Shown here in pieces: positions 8,717-17,493 of a stretch of DNA of 64,000 bases. The notes below the pieces were generated by a model. The model made no database searches, was not told the origin of the DNA, and was given only the letters and a program-made list of their open reading frames with translations. Position 1 is the first letter of the stretch. The number at the start of each line of letters is the position of its first letter. The stretch comes from an uncultured Solirubrobacteraceae bacterium (GTDB taxonomy: Bacteria; Actinomycetota; Thermoleophilia; Solirubrobacterales; Solirubrobacteraceae). A program made the position numbers and the translations under genes. Where the stretch lies: the NCBI GenBank assembly GCA_963731395.1, contig CAVSVH010000005.1, positions 27,845 through 91,844 of the forward strand, written 5' to 3'.

Positions 8717-9763
8717 ATGCGAGATACGGAGATCGTTCTGAACACTTTTGAAACCGATGCCCGCGAGCCCGTCATTCAGGCGCGCAGCGAGCATCACGAC
8801 AACAACCAACGCACGCGCACGCGCGGCGAGCACGGTCCGGCGGCAGCGCCGCCACGCCGTCGTCAGCCTCGCCGTCGCGCCACCCGACCTGGCGAGCATC
8901 GCCCGGCGAGCGAGGCGCGGCTGAGCGCCGGCAGCGGCGCCATGACCGAGAACTCTCTCGACCTGTTCCTCCGGGCAGCCCGCGCTCACGCGCTGCTGAC
9001 CGCCGAGGAGGAGATCGAGCTCGCCAAGCGCATCGAGCGCGGCGACCTGGAGGCGAAGGAGCGGATGATCAACTCCAACCTGCGGCTCGTCGTGTCGCAG
9101 GCGCGTCGGTACCAGGGTCACGGCCTGCCGATGGAGGATCTCGTCCAGGAGGGCATGTTGGGCCTGATCCGCGCGGTCGAGAAGTTCGACTGGCGGCGGG
9201 GGTTCAAGTTCTCGACCTACGGGACGCTGTGGATCCGTCAGGCTCTACAGCGCGGACTGCAGAATCACGGACGGACGATCCGCCTTCCGGTGCACGTCGC
9301 CCAGCGCCAGACCAAGGTGCGCAAAGTCGAGAGCGAGCTGAGCACCAAGCTCGGCCGGGAGCCGACCGATGAGGAGATCGCCGCCGAAGCGAAGCTCGAC
9401 GTCGATGAGGTCGCCGAGCTGCGAGAGCTGACCCGCGGCCTGACGAGTCTCGATCAGCCGGTCGGCGAGGACGGCGAGACGGCGTTCGGCGATCTGCTCG
9501 CCTCAGACCGGCCGGAGCCGGTAGAGGAAGTGGAGCAGGCCGAGCGCCAGGAGCTGATCAGCGGCGCCGTGGCGGAGCTGCCCGAAGCTGAGCGCAACGT
9601 CATCCGGCTTCGATTCGGACTGGTCGGCACGGAGCCGCTGAACCTGCGCCAGACCGGGATCGAGCTCGGCATCCCGCTGAGCAAGGCGCGGGAGCTCGAG
9701 CAGCAGGGCCTGAGTCGCCTGGCGAGGAGCACGGACCTCGAAGAGCTCCGGCGAGCCGCCTAG
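8717..9763 (+). CDS. RpoD/SigA-family RNA polymerase sigma factor (alternative, non-primary); start could be 8942
   Basis: LLTAEEEIELAKRIE, NLRLVV, DLVQEGMLGLIRAVEKFD, GFKFSTY, RTIRLPVH. Confidence 0.92.
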   Translation: MRDTEIVLNTFETDAREPVIQARSEHHDNNQRTRTRGEHGPAAAPPRRRQPRRRATRPGEHRPASEARLSAGSGAMTENSLDLFLRAARAHALLTAEEEIELAKRIERGDLEAKERMINSNLRLVVSQARRYQGHGLPMEDLVQEGMLGLIRAVEKFDWRRGFKFSTYGTLWIRQALQRGLQNHGRTIRLPVHVAQRQTKVRKVESELSTKLGREPTDEEIAAEAKLDVDEVAELRELTRGLTSLDQPVGEDGETAFGDLLASDRPEPVEEVEQAERQELISGAVAELPEAERNVIRLRFGLVGTEPLNLRQTGIELGIPLSKARELEQQGLSRLARSTDLEELRRAA

Positions 9764-9856
9764 CTCCGGCGAGCCCACTAAGTCAGGGCGCCGAGGGCGC
9801 CAGTCGCGGAAGTCGCGCGGCCGGCGCCTTTGGTCGTTAAGCGGGCGACGGCGCGC

Positions 9857-11329
9857 TTACGGAGCCGGTGGCGCGCTTGCGTCTGGAGAGCCGTCATCGC
9901 TCCCGTCCATGGCGGCGGTGCTGTCAAGCACTGCGATCGCCGCCGCGCCAGCGGCCGGTCGCCCCACATCGCCGGGATCGGAACGCAGCCGGGCGGAGTA
10001 GATCGACGGCGCCCCCAGGCGGCGGGCGATCACTGTCGCCTCGGTGACCGCGAGCAGGGTCGGTGCCATGAGGGAGTCGAAGTTCCGCGTCAGCTCGAGC
10101 ACGAGGACGACCCCGGACAGCGGTCCCTGCATCGCCGCCGCGAGGAAAGCCCCGCCGCCGATGATCGCGTAGCTGCCCAGCGGGGCCCCCGGCCAGACGT
10201 GCGTCCACCCGGTGGCGAGGATGCCCGCCAGCAGGATCCCGACGGTCAGCGTCGGCGTGAACAGGCCGCCGACCCCACCGGCGCCAAGACAGCCTGCGGT
10301 CGCCAGCGGCTTGAGGACGAAGAGAACACAGAGCAACCCGAACGACAGGCTGCCCAACGCCTCCAGCTGCACGACCCCCTTGCCGTTGCCCAAAAGCTGG
10401 GGGTACTGGATCGAGACCAGGCCGAGGAGCGTGAAGACGATGAGCGGCGCGGCGAACCGACCCCGACGCTGGGGACGCAGCTGCGCCGCCCGCGCGATCA
10501 CCCGCACCCACACGATTGCGACCACGCCGATGATCGGTCCGGCGAGCGCGGCCCACACCAGCTGCTGCGGGTGGACCGCGTAGGGCGGGAGGCGATACGT
10601 GGGCGACGTTCCAAGCCAGATCCAGGCCGTCGCGGTGGCGATCACCGACGTCGCCAGCGCCGGCAGCACCAGCGGAAGCGCAATCGTTCCCAGCAGCACC
10701 TCGAGCGCGAACAGAGCTCCGCCGAGCGGCACGTTGTAGATCGCGGCAAAGCCGGCGCCCGCACCCGAGGCGACGAGCAGCCGCCGCTGCCACATGGGCA
10801 GTTGCGCCCAATCCGACAGCCGGCTGGCCGCGGCCCCCCCGACCAGCTGGGGCGCGGCCTCCCGGCCCAGCGAGACGCCCAACCCGACGGTGACGATCGA
10901 CAGCACCGCGCGCCCGAGGCTGGCGATGCCCGCGATCCGGCCGCCGTGCAGCCACACGCCCTCGGCCACCTCGGTCCCGCCGGACACCGGCAGGCGATGC
11001 AGCACGGCGGCTCCGGCGCCCACGAGGAGCGCTGCCACCACCAGCGCCACCACGTGACGCCACCCGGCGGCCGCAGCGACCCCGTCCAGAAACGGTCCCC
11101 GGCGGTACCCGTAGGCGAGGTGCTCGACGAGGTGCAGGAGGCCCACCAGGAGCGATGCCGCGAGCCCGGTGATGACCCCCAAAAACACGACGATCGCCCA
11201 GAAGCGCGGGCTGTAGCCGGCGACGATGCCGCGACCTGTGACGTTCGCCTGAAGCGAGAACCACTTACGTGTCGGCCGGTGCGGCGGTGGCGGCGGCGTC
11301 GTGGTCGACGATCCTCCCTCGGCGGTCAA
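9857..11329 (-). CDS. ClC family chloride channel/transporter
   Basis: SLGREAAP, GAGAGFAAIYNVPLGGALFALE, GGLFTP. Confidence 0.9.
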   Translation of the reverse strand: MTAEGGSSTTTPPPPPHRPTRKWFSLQANVTGRGIVAGYSPRFWAIVVFLGVITGLAASLLVGLLHLVEHLAYGYRRGPFLDGVAAAAGWRHVVALVVAALLVGAGAAVLHRLPVSGGTEVAEGVWLHGGRIAGIASLGRAVLSIVTVGLGVSLGREAAPQLVGGAAASRLSDWAQLPMWQRRLLVASGAGAGFAAIYNVPLGGALFALEVLLGTIALPLVLPALATSVIATATAWIWLGTSPTYRLPPYAVHPQQLVWAALAGPIIGVVAIVWVRVIARAAQLRPQRRGRFAAPLIVFTLLGLVSIQYPQLLGNGKGVVQLEALGSLSFGLLCVLFVLKPLATAGCLGAGGVGGLFTPTLTVGILLAGILATGWTHVWPGAPLGSYAIIGGGAFLAAAMQGPLSGVVLVLELTRNFDSLMAPTLLAVTEATVIARRLGAPSIYSARLRSDPGDVGRPAAGAAAIAVLDSTAAMDGSDDGSPDASAPPAP

Positions 11330-11533
11330 CTGGCAAGCACCGCAGCCACCCCGACGCCGCCGATGGCAGACGAGGCAGGACAGGAGTGGTCATGAAGGAT
11401 CTGGCGGAGGATCATCGGGGGTCGGATCCTGAGGTCTGAAGGCGATGTCCTCCGTCAAGCGTCGCAGGTTTGTGCCGGCGCGGGGAGCAGCGGCGGAGGA
11501 GGAGCGTCACAGGGCATACGCTAGGCTTGCGCC

Positions 11534-12295
11534 GTGTCCTCGCTCCGCTACCGGCGCGTGGTGGTCAAGCTCAGCGGGCGTGCATTTGCGGGAGCCGCCC
11601 CGTTCGGGCTGGATTCCGCGGCGCTGAACTATGTCGCCGACCAGCTGATCGAGGCTCGCGCGCTCGGTGTCGAGGAGGCCGTCGTCGTGGGCGGCGGCAA
11701 CTTCTTTCGCGGCAACGTCGCTGACGAGTGGAGTATCGAGCGTGCTGAGGCCGACAACATCGGGATGCTCGGCACGGTCATGAACGGGATCCTCCTGCGT
11801 GGGGTGCTCAAGCATCGCGGGCTTGCGGACGTGCGGTTGATGACCGCCCTGCCGATGCCGTCCATGGCGGAGCCCTTCATCCGCCTGCGCGCCCTGTCGC
11901 ATCTGGAGCGCGATCGCCTCGTGCTGCTCGCTTGCGGGATCGGTCAGCCCTATGTCACCACCGATTACCCGGCGGTCCAATACGCGATCGAGCTGCGCGC
12001 CGACGCGATTCTGCTCGCCAAGCACGGCACGGACGGCATCTACGATCGCGACCCGCGCAAGGAGCCCGGGGCGTTGCGCTACGACAGCCTCGGCTACAAC
12101 GATGTGCTCGAACGCGACCTGCGCGTGATGGATCAGGCTGCGATCGTGCTCGCCCGCGACTACGAGCTCCCGCTGCACGTGTTCGACTTCGACGAGCGCG
12201 ACGCGATCTCGGCGATCTGCTGCGGAGAGAACCGCGGCACGTACATCTCGCCGGCGACCAAGCTCGTCACGTCGGCGCCCGCGCCGGTCAGTTGA
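11534..12295 (+). CDS. pyrH: UMP kinase (stand-alone copy)
   Basis: RVVVKLSG, VVGGGNFFRG, ADNIGMLGTVMN, PYVTTD, DGIYDRDP. Confidence 0.85.
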   Translation: MSSLRYRRVVVKLSGRAFAGAAPFGLDSAALNYVADQLIEARALGVEEAVVVGGGNFFRGNVADEWSIERAEADNIGMLGTVMNGILLRGVLKHRGLADVRLMTALPMPSMAEPFIRLRALSHLERDRLVLLACGIGQPYVTTDYPAVQYAIELRADAILLAKHGTDGIYDRDPRKEPGALRYDSLGYNDVLERDLRVMDQAAIVLARDYELPLHVFDFDERDAISAICCGENRGTYISPATKLVTSAPAPVS

Positions 12296-12307
12296 ACTGA
12301 CCCGGCC

Positions 12308-12778
12308 TCACCGCTCGAAAGTCCGGCCGGCCGTGGCCAGCGCGTCGACGAGCTCGGCCAGCGATCGGACGATGCAGCCTCCGCTGTCGGCGATGAAGGT
12401 CTGCACCTGGAGATTGATCTCGACTCCCTCCTCGCCACTACGGCGCAGGTCGGTGCGCAGCCCGAAGCAGCGCAGGCCGAGCGCCGCTCCGTAGCCGACC
12501 TCGGCCGCCGTGCCGGAGTCCAGCTCCTGGCCGTCGAGGTGGGCCGCCAGTAGCGCGCATGACCTGATCGCTCGCTCGTTGCGGTGGCCGATCTCCAGCG
12601 CGAGCTCGCGTTGGCGCCCGCGAGCGCGCGCGTCAGCGAGCTCCTCCCCGCTGGTCAACGCCCATGGATCGACCGGCTCGACGACGTTCGCCAGCGCCGG
12701 CAGGTAGACCCGCCGGTAGTAATCGATGCCTCCCTCGGTGAATCCGAGCGGGCTGGCGATGTAGCAGCGCGGGACCAT
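12308..12778 (-). CDS. Nucleoside 2-deoxyribosyltransferase / NMP glycosidase family protein
   Basis: YIASPLGF, LDGQELDSGTAAEVGYGAALG, RTDLR, INLQV. Confidence 0.85.
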   Translation of the reverse strand: MVPRCYIASPLGFTEGGIDYYRRVYLPALANVVEPVDPWALTSGEELADARARGRQRELALEIGHRNERAIRSCALLAAHLDGQELDSGTAAEVGYGAALGLRCFGLRTDLRRSGEEGVEINLQVQTFIADSGGCIVRSLAELVDALATAGRTFER

Positions 12779-12842
12779 TGATGGGGGCGGGGCGGGGCCG
12801 AACGGTGCTACCCCCACGGGACGCCGTTGAAGCTCACGATCG

Positions 12843-13055
12843 TCACCGGTGGCCGGAGGTCTCGGTTGCCCACGCCGATCCGGCGCGAAACGACCGCTCG
12901 AGCTCGGCGATGGCGACGTTCGTCCTCGCCTCCGCGCGGTCGTCGGGAAGCTCGATCTGGATCTCGACCAGACGCCGCTGGGCGTGGTCGAGCTCCATCC
13001 AGATGCGGCGGATGCGCCGCGCGATCCGTCGGGCACGAGAAGCAAACACGATCAT
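12843..13055 (-). CDS. Small hypothetical protein
   Basis: GGAGG before the ATG; helical RRIWMELDHAQRRLVEIQ. Confidence 0.55.
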   Translation of the reverse strand: MIVFASRARRIARRIRRIWMELDHAQRRLVEIQIELPDDRAEARTNVAIAELERSFRAGSAWATETSGHR

Positions 13056-13251
13056 GGCTGGGCCCTCCAGGTGTGGTGACGAGAGTGGTGGGGCGCTATC
13101 CGCTCCGCTGCGCCCCGCACCGGACTGTCGACTAAGACGCATCCGTCCACATCGGCAACCCGCCTCCGAATGGCGGTGCGGCCCCCTTACCTCCGCGCCG
13201 CCGCACGCTTATGACGCCTCGGACCTGAGCGCGATAGGCGTCGTCGACCTC

Positions 13252-13325
13252 TATCGGGCCATCAACCCCAAGCAGAAGGTCCCAACCCTGGTCATCGACG
13301 GTTGGATCATCACCGAGAACCCAGG
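13252..13325 (+). pseudogene. Glutathione S-transferase N-terminal fragment
   Basis: Isolated YRAINPKQKVPTLVIDGWIITENP GST-N motif with no flanking domain. Confidence 0.6.
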
Positions 13326-13501
13326 TGGGTCGCAGCCCGGTGGCCTGGTCAGGTCCGAGTAGACCGCATCACCTTCCGCCGCCCGCTCTCGAGTCAGATC
13401 GCCTTGATGGGAGCGTTCTCGGCCTCAGGCGGCAGGCGGAGATCCAACGGCGTCCCCGGGCGAAGGTGATGTCATCGGGGCAGGCCACGAACGTGTGAGG
13501 C

Positions 13502-14761
13502 CTAGGGGATTCCGAAAGCGCTCTTGAAGGACTCACCCCAGCTGGTGGTGGAACCGGCCGGCGGGCTGGCAGCCGCGGGATCGCTCGCCCCCGCCAAGGT
13601 GCGCGCGTCAGAGCTGGCCGACCCCCATCCGATCTCGATGCCGGTGCCGCTGGAGGCAAAGGAGGCGACCCTCTGTCCGGCCTGGAACCTGGTGCCGACC
13701 GCCGTCGTTACCGGGTCGATCTGCTCGGCGACGTACCAGTAGTCCGATGGCGCGCCGGGAGGAGGGTCGTCGAACGCAAACAACAGGAGCGGCTCGCCGG
13801 AGTACCAGTTCTGCAATACCTGCACCAGAGTGGAGGCAGCGGGCGCGTAGATTCCCGCGCCCGACGGCGCGGTCGCGTCGACGCCCATGTCGTCGCGCTC
13901 GATCGTGAACCCGGGAATCGGATCTGAGCCGGCCCGGCTGCCGTCAAATACGGCCGCCCCACCCGAGCCCGCCTGCGCAGCCAGGGCTGCCTGGCGGGCT
14001 TGCTCGGCTTGGAGCCGCGCCAGCTGACGCCGCAGCGAGGCGAGCTGGCCACGCGCGGTGGTGAGCTGGCTGACGTTCCCGTCGCGCGCATGGGTCACCG
14101 AGATCTGCTGGTGCAACAGGGTCACCTTGGCTGCGTCCAGCCGGTCTCGCTCGGCCAGCACCCGCGCGGTGACATCCTGCTGGCGGCCCTCCAACCCCCC
14201 GAGGCGCACGGCCTGCGCGGCCACCCGATCCCGAGCCAGGATCACCGCGGCGACGACCTGCTGATCGTGGTTCCTGACCTGCCGGGCGAAGGACAGGCGC
14301 TCCAGCAGGTTGGAGAAGCCGTTGGCGTCGAGGACCACGCCGACGATGTCTGGCTGACCGGACTCATAGCCGGCGACCAGCTGCTGGGAGAGCACGTACT
14401 CGGCGGTGCGCTCGTAGGCCTTCAGGCCGGCGAGCCGAACTCGTGCGGCCTCGAGCTCTCGGCGCAGACGCAAGAGCTCGGCGCGCTGAGCGTCGAGGTG
14501 GGACTGGATTCCGGCGATCTTGCTCTGCAACCCCGCGATGCTGGCATTCAGCTGTCGCAACCGGCCGTTGTCGGCCTCGACTGCCCCCGAGAGCGCCGAG
14601 ACGCGGTTCTGGCGCGCACCGATCTGCTGCTGCAGCGCGCCGGGATCAGCGGCGCGCGCCGCCGGCAGCAGCTCGGCCAGCCAAACGAACGTGGCGACCG
14701 CCACGAACAGCATGATCGCGACACCGAAGGGGCGGGTGAATGTTCTGAGTGCGCTTGACAT
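13502..14761 (-). CDS. Secreted coiled-coil protein with a divergent M23-like C-terminal domain
   Basis: Signal/TM segment, CwlO/PcsB-like coiled coil (VVLDANGFSNLLERL), C-terminal RDDMGVD...GAGIYAP...GIEIGW. Confidence 0.75.
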   Translation of the reverse strand: MSSALRTFTRPFGVAIMLFVAVATFVWLAELLPAARAADPGALQQQIGARQNRVSALSGAVEADNGRLRQLNASIAGLQSKIAGIQSHLDAQRAELLRLRRELEAARVRLAGLKAYERTAEYVLSQQLVAGYESGQPDIVGVVLDANGFSNLLERLSFARQVRNHDQQVVAAVILARDRVAAQAVRLGGLEGRQQDVTARVLAERDRLDAAKVTLLHQQISVTHARDGNVSQLTTARGQLASLRRQLARLQAEQARQAALAAQAGSGGAAVFDGSRAGSDPIPGFTIERDDMGVDATAPSGAGIYAPAASTLVQVLQNWYSGEPLLLFAFDDPPPGAPSDYWYVAEQIDPVTTAVGTRFQAGQRVASFASSGTGIEIGWGSASSDARTLAGASDPAAASPPAGSTTSWGESFKSAFGIP

Positions 14762-15170
14762 GTGCGTGGGAGGCGCGGCCGTGCATCGACGCGCGTGGTG
14801 GGTCCCGGTCTCAGCCGGGCTCGGCGGCCAACCACGACCTCGGAGCGGCCGCACGCTAACACGGCTTCCCCTCGGTGCGCGGTCGCCCGCCACGCATGCA
14901 AGAAATCCTTCAGAAGCAGGAGATAGCTCCGGGTTGACCTTGAGCACCGGATGACCAGCAGCTCGGTTGTCGTGTCGCGAACCGAGAGCACACGCAGGGC
15001 CGGGTGCTTGTGCTCGCGCCAGACGCTGTCAGTGACGTCATCTCCCGGACGTACGAGCGCCGACCGACGGTCGGGAGGCGTTGGGGTTCTTGGGAAAGAT
15101 GGAGCGGGTGCGGCCCTGACGGTCAGCGGTCGCGCCGGCGCGATATGACGACGAACGTAGAGGAGAGCCG

Positions 15171-15260
15171 ATGTTCAAGCGCATTCTTGAGTTCCTCACC
15201 CTGAGATGGCTGTGGGATCGCCGCCGCGGCGGCACCCGCGGGCGCGGAAGCCGCCGCTGA
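15171..15260 (+). CDS. 29-aa amphipathic, Arg-rich microprotein
   Basis: GAGGAG 5 nt before the ATG; MFKRILEFLTLRWLWDRRRGGTRGRGSRR. Confidence 0.5.
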   Translation: MFKRILEFLTLRWLWDRRRGGTRGRGSRR

Positions 15261-15478
15261 GCGTGACGTCGTAGAGGTGGAAGACCGGACAGGCGGTCTG
15301 GCCGGTCCCGCATCGGCCTCATCGTGAAGGCCGCTGCGGGGACCTCTGCGCAGGAGATCGGTTCGCGGGACTACGCTCCAAGGTCCATGCGAGCGAGGCC
15401 GAGTCCGCGAGCAGCACGAGCGAGAGCCGCCGAACCCGAGCTGAGACAGAGCGACAACGAGAGGAACTAAGCACACCC

Positions 15479-17275
15479 ATGGCCAGCAAAACGGCGGCGG
15501 ACAACCTTTGCGAGCGACTCATCGAGTGGAATGTCGACACCATCTACGGCTTTCCCGGAGACGGCATCAACGGGATCCTAGGCGCGCTGCGCCGCCATCA
15601 GGAGCAGCTGCGCTTCGTCCAGACGCGCCACGAGGAGATGGCGGCGTTCATGGCCTGCGGGCACGCCAAGTTCACCGGCAAGGTGGGTGTGTGCATGGCG
15701 ACCTCCGGTCCGGGTGCAATCCATCTCCTCAACGGCCTGTACGACGCCAAGCTCGACCACCAGCCGGTGGTGGCCATCGTCGGTCAGACGTTCGTCAGGG
15801 CGATCGGGGGTGACTTTCAGCAGGAGGTCAAGCTGCTCCAGCTCTACAGCGACGTCGCGTCATCGTTTTGCGAGCAGGCCAACGAGCCGTCGTCGATCCG
15901 GCACCTCATCGACCGGGCGATGCGGATCGCGCAGACGGAGAGAACCGTGACCTGCGTGATCGTGCCCGCCGACGTGCAGGACAAGGACGCCGTCGAGTCT
16001 CAGCCGCATGCGACGCACACGGTGCACTCCGGGGTGGGCTACTGGGGCGGCCGTCGCGTCCCCCACCAATCCCAGCTCCAAGCGGCCGCCGACATCCTCA
16101 ACGCGGGTGAGAAGGTGGCAATGCTCGTCGGCGCCGGAGCGCTGCACGCCACCGACGAGGTCATCGCGGTCGCCGACACGTTGGGTGCGGGTGTCGCCAA
16201 AGCCTTGCTGGGCAAGGCCGCGGTGCCCGATGACGTCCCGTTCTGCACCGGCAGCATCGGGCTGCTGGGCACCAAGCCGAGCTGGGACATGATGCAAGGC
16301 GCCGACACGCTGCTGATGGTCGGTTCGAGCTTTCCCTACTCCGAGTTCCTGCCCAACGAGGGCCAGGTCAAGGCGGTCCAGATCGACCTGCTGGGCCGGA
16401 TGCTCAGCATCCGCTATCCGATGGATCTGGCCCTCGAGGGTGACAGCAAGGAGAGCCTCCAGGAGCTCCTGCCGCTCTTGCACCGCAAGGACGACCGCGC
16501 CTGGCAGGACGAGATCAAAAGCAACGTCGCCGACTGGTGGCGGCTCATGGACGATCTCGGCCAGCCCGCCGACCGCGACGGGCGCATCCGCCCCGAGGGA
16601 TTGTTTGCCTCGCTCTCCCGTCAGCTGCCCGATAACGCGATTCTCTCCAGCGACTCGGGTTCGGCGGCAAACTGGTACGCCCGGCAGATCAGGATTCGGC
16701 GCGGAATGAAGGCGATGCTGTCGGGCAACCTGGCGACGATGGTCCCCGGGGTGCCGTACGCGACGGCCGCCAAGTTCGCCTATCCCGATCGCGTGTCGAT
16801 CGCCATGGTCGGGGATGGCGCCATGCAGATGGGAGGCATGGCCGAGATGCTGACCGCCGCCAAGTACTACAAGACCTGGGCCGATCCACGGATGGTGGTC
16901 CTGGTGCTCAACAACGAGGACCTCAACCAGGTCACCTGGGAGCAGCGCGTGATGGAGGGCGACCCGGAGTTCAAAGCCTCTCAGGAGATCCCGTACGTCG
17001 ACTACGCCGCGTGGGCGGAGCTGATCGGCCTCAAGGGCATCAAGGTGACCCATTCATCCGAGATCGAAGAGGCTTGGCGGGTGGCGCTCAGCGCTGACCG
17101 GCCGGTGATCATCAGTGCGCTGACCGATCCCAACGAGGCGCCGCTGCCGCCGCACATCACCTTCCAGCAGGCAGAGGGGTTCGCCAAGTCCATCGAGAAG
17201 GACCCCGGGAGCGGTGTGGCGGGCGCGATCGAGTCGATTCGTGAGAAGGCTCAGGAGTTCATCCCCGGGCAGTGA
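15479..17275 (+). CDS. Thiamine pyrophosphate-requiring enzyme (PoxB/pyruvate oxidase-like)
   Basis: GFPGDGING, RHEEMAAF, TSGPGAIHLLNGLYDAKLD, GDGAMQM...NN TPP motif. Confidence 0.93.
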   Translation: MASKTAADNLCERLIEWNVDTIYGFPGDGINGILGALRRHQEQLRFVQTRHEEMAAFMACGHAKFTGKVGVCMATSGPGAIHLLNGLYDAKLDHQPVVAIVGQTFVRAIGGDFQQEVKLLQLYSDVASSFCEQANEPSSIRHLIDRAMRIAQTERTVTCVIVPADVQDKDAVESQPHATHTVHSGVGYWGGRRVPHQSQLQAAADILNAGEKVAMLVGAGALHATDEVIAVADTLGAGVAKALLGKAAVPDDVPFCTGSIGLLGTKPSWDMMQGADTLLMVGSSFPYSEFLPNEGQVKAVQIDLLGRMLSIRYPMDLALEGDSKESLQELLPLLHRKDDRAWQDEIKSNVADWWRLMDDLGQPADRDGRIRPEGLFASLSRQLPDNAILSSDSGSAANWYARQIRIRRGMKAMLSGNLATMVPGVPYATAAKFAYPDRVSIAMVGDGAMQMGGMAEMLTAAKYYKTWADPRMVVLVLNNEDLNQVTWEQRVMEGDPEFKASQEIPYVDYAAWAELIGLKGIKVTHSSEIEEAWRVALSADRPVIISALTDPNEAPLPPHITFQQAEGFAKSIEKDPGSGVAGAIESIREKAQEFIPGQ

Positions 17276-17478
17276 CGCCATCGGCGAGACCGTGCCTGAC
17301 CGTTGCGGAGCTCGAACATTGGGTCGCGTTTGGTGCGACGTGGCGCCTGGTCGAGATCTCAGATACCCGCGCGATCGTCGACATGTGCCAGTGCACCGGC
17401 GAATTCGTCGAGCAACGCGCCTCGAACGACCCGATCGTCCTTGAGTACCTTCGCAACCAGCCCCCGCCCGACGCCTAA
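17272..17478 (+). CDS. Small hypothetical protein with a CxC motif
   Basis: GTGA overlap with the upstream stop; WVAFGATWR...DMCQCTGE. Confidence 0.65.
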   Translation: MTPSARPCLTVAELEHWVAFGATWRLVEISDTRAIVDMCQCTGEFVEQRASNDPIVLEYLRNQPPPDA

Positions 17479-17493
17479 CGCCTCGCGGATCGA

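Noticed and set aside
14790-14835. Possible c-di-AMP (ydaO) riboswitch upstream of the M23-like gene (CGCCGAGCCCGG...CCGGGACCCA)
   Set aside because: Only a short partial resemblance; the downstream GGGGTGAAT and CCCGTCAGCTAAC elements are absent.
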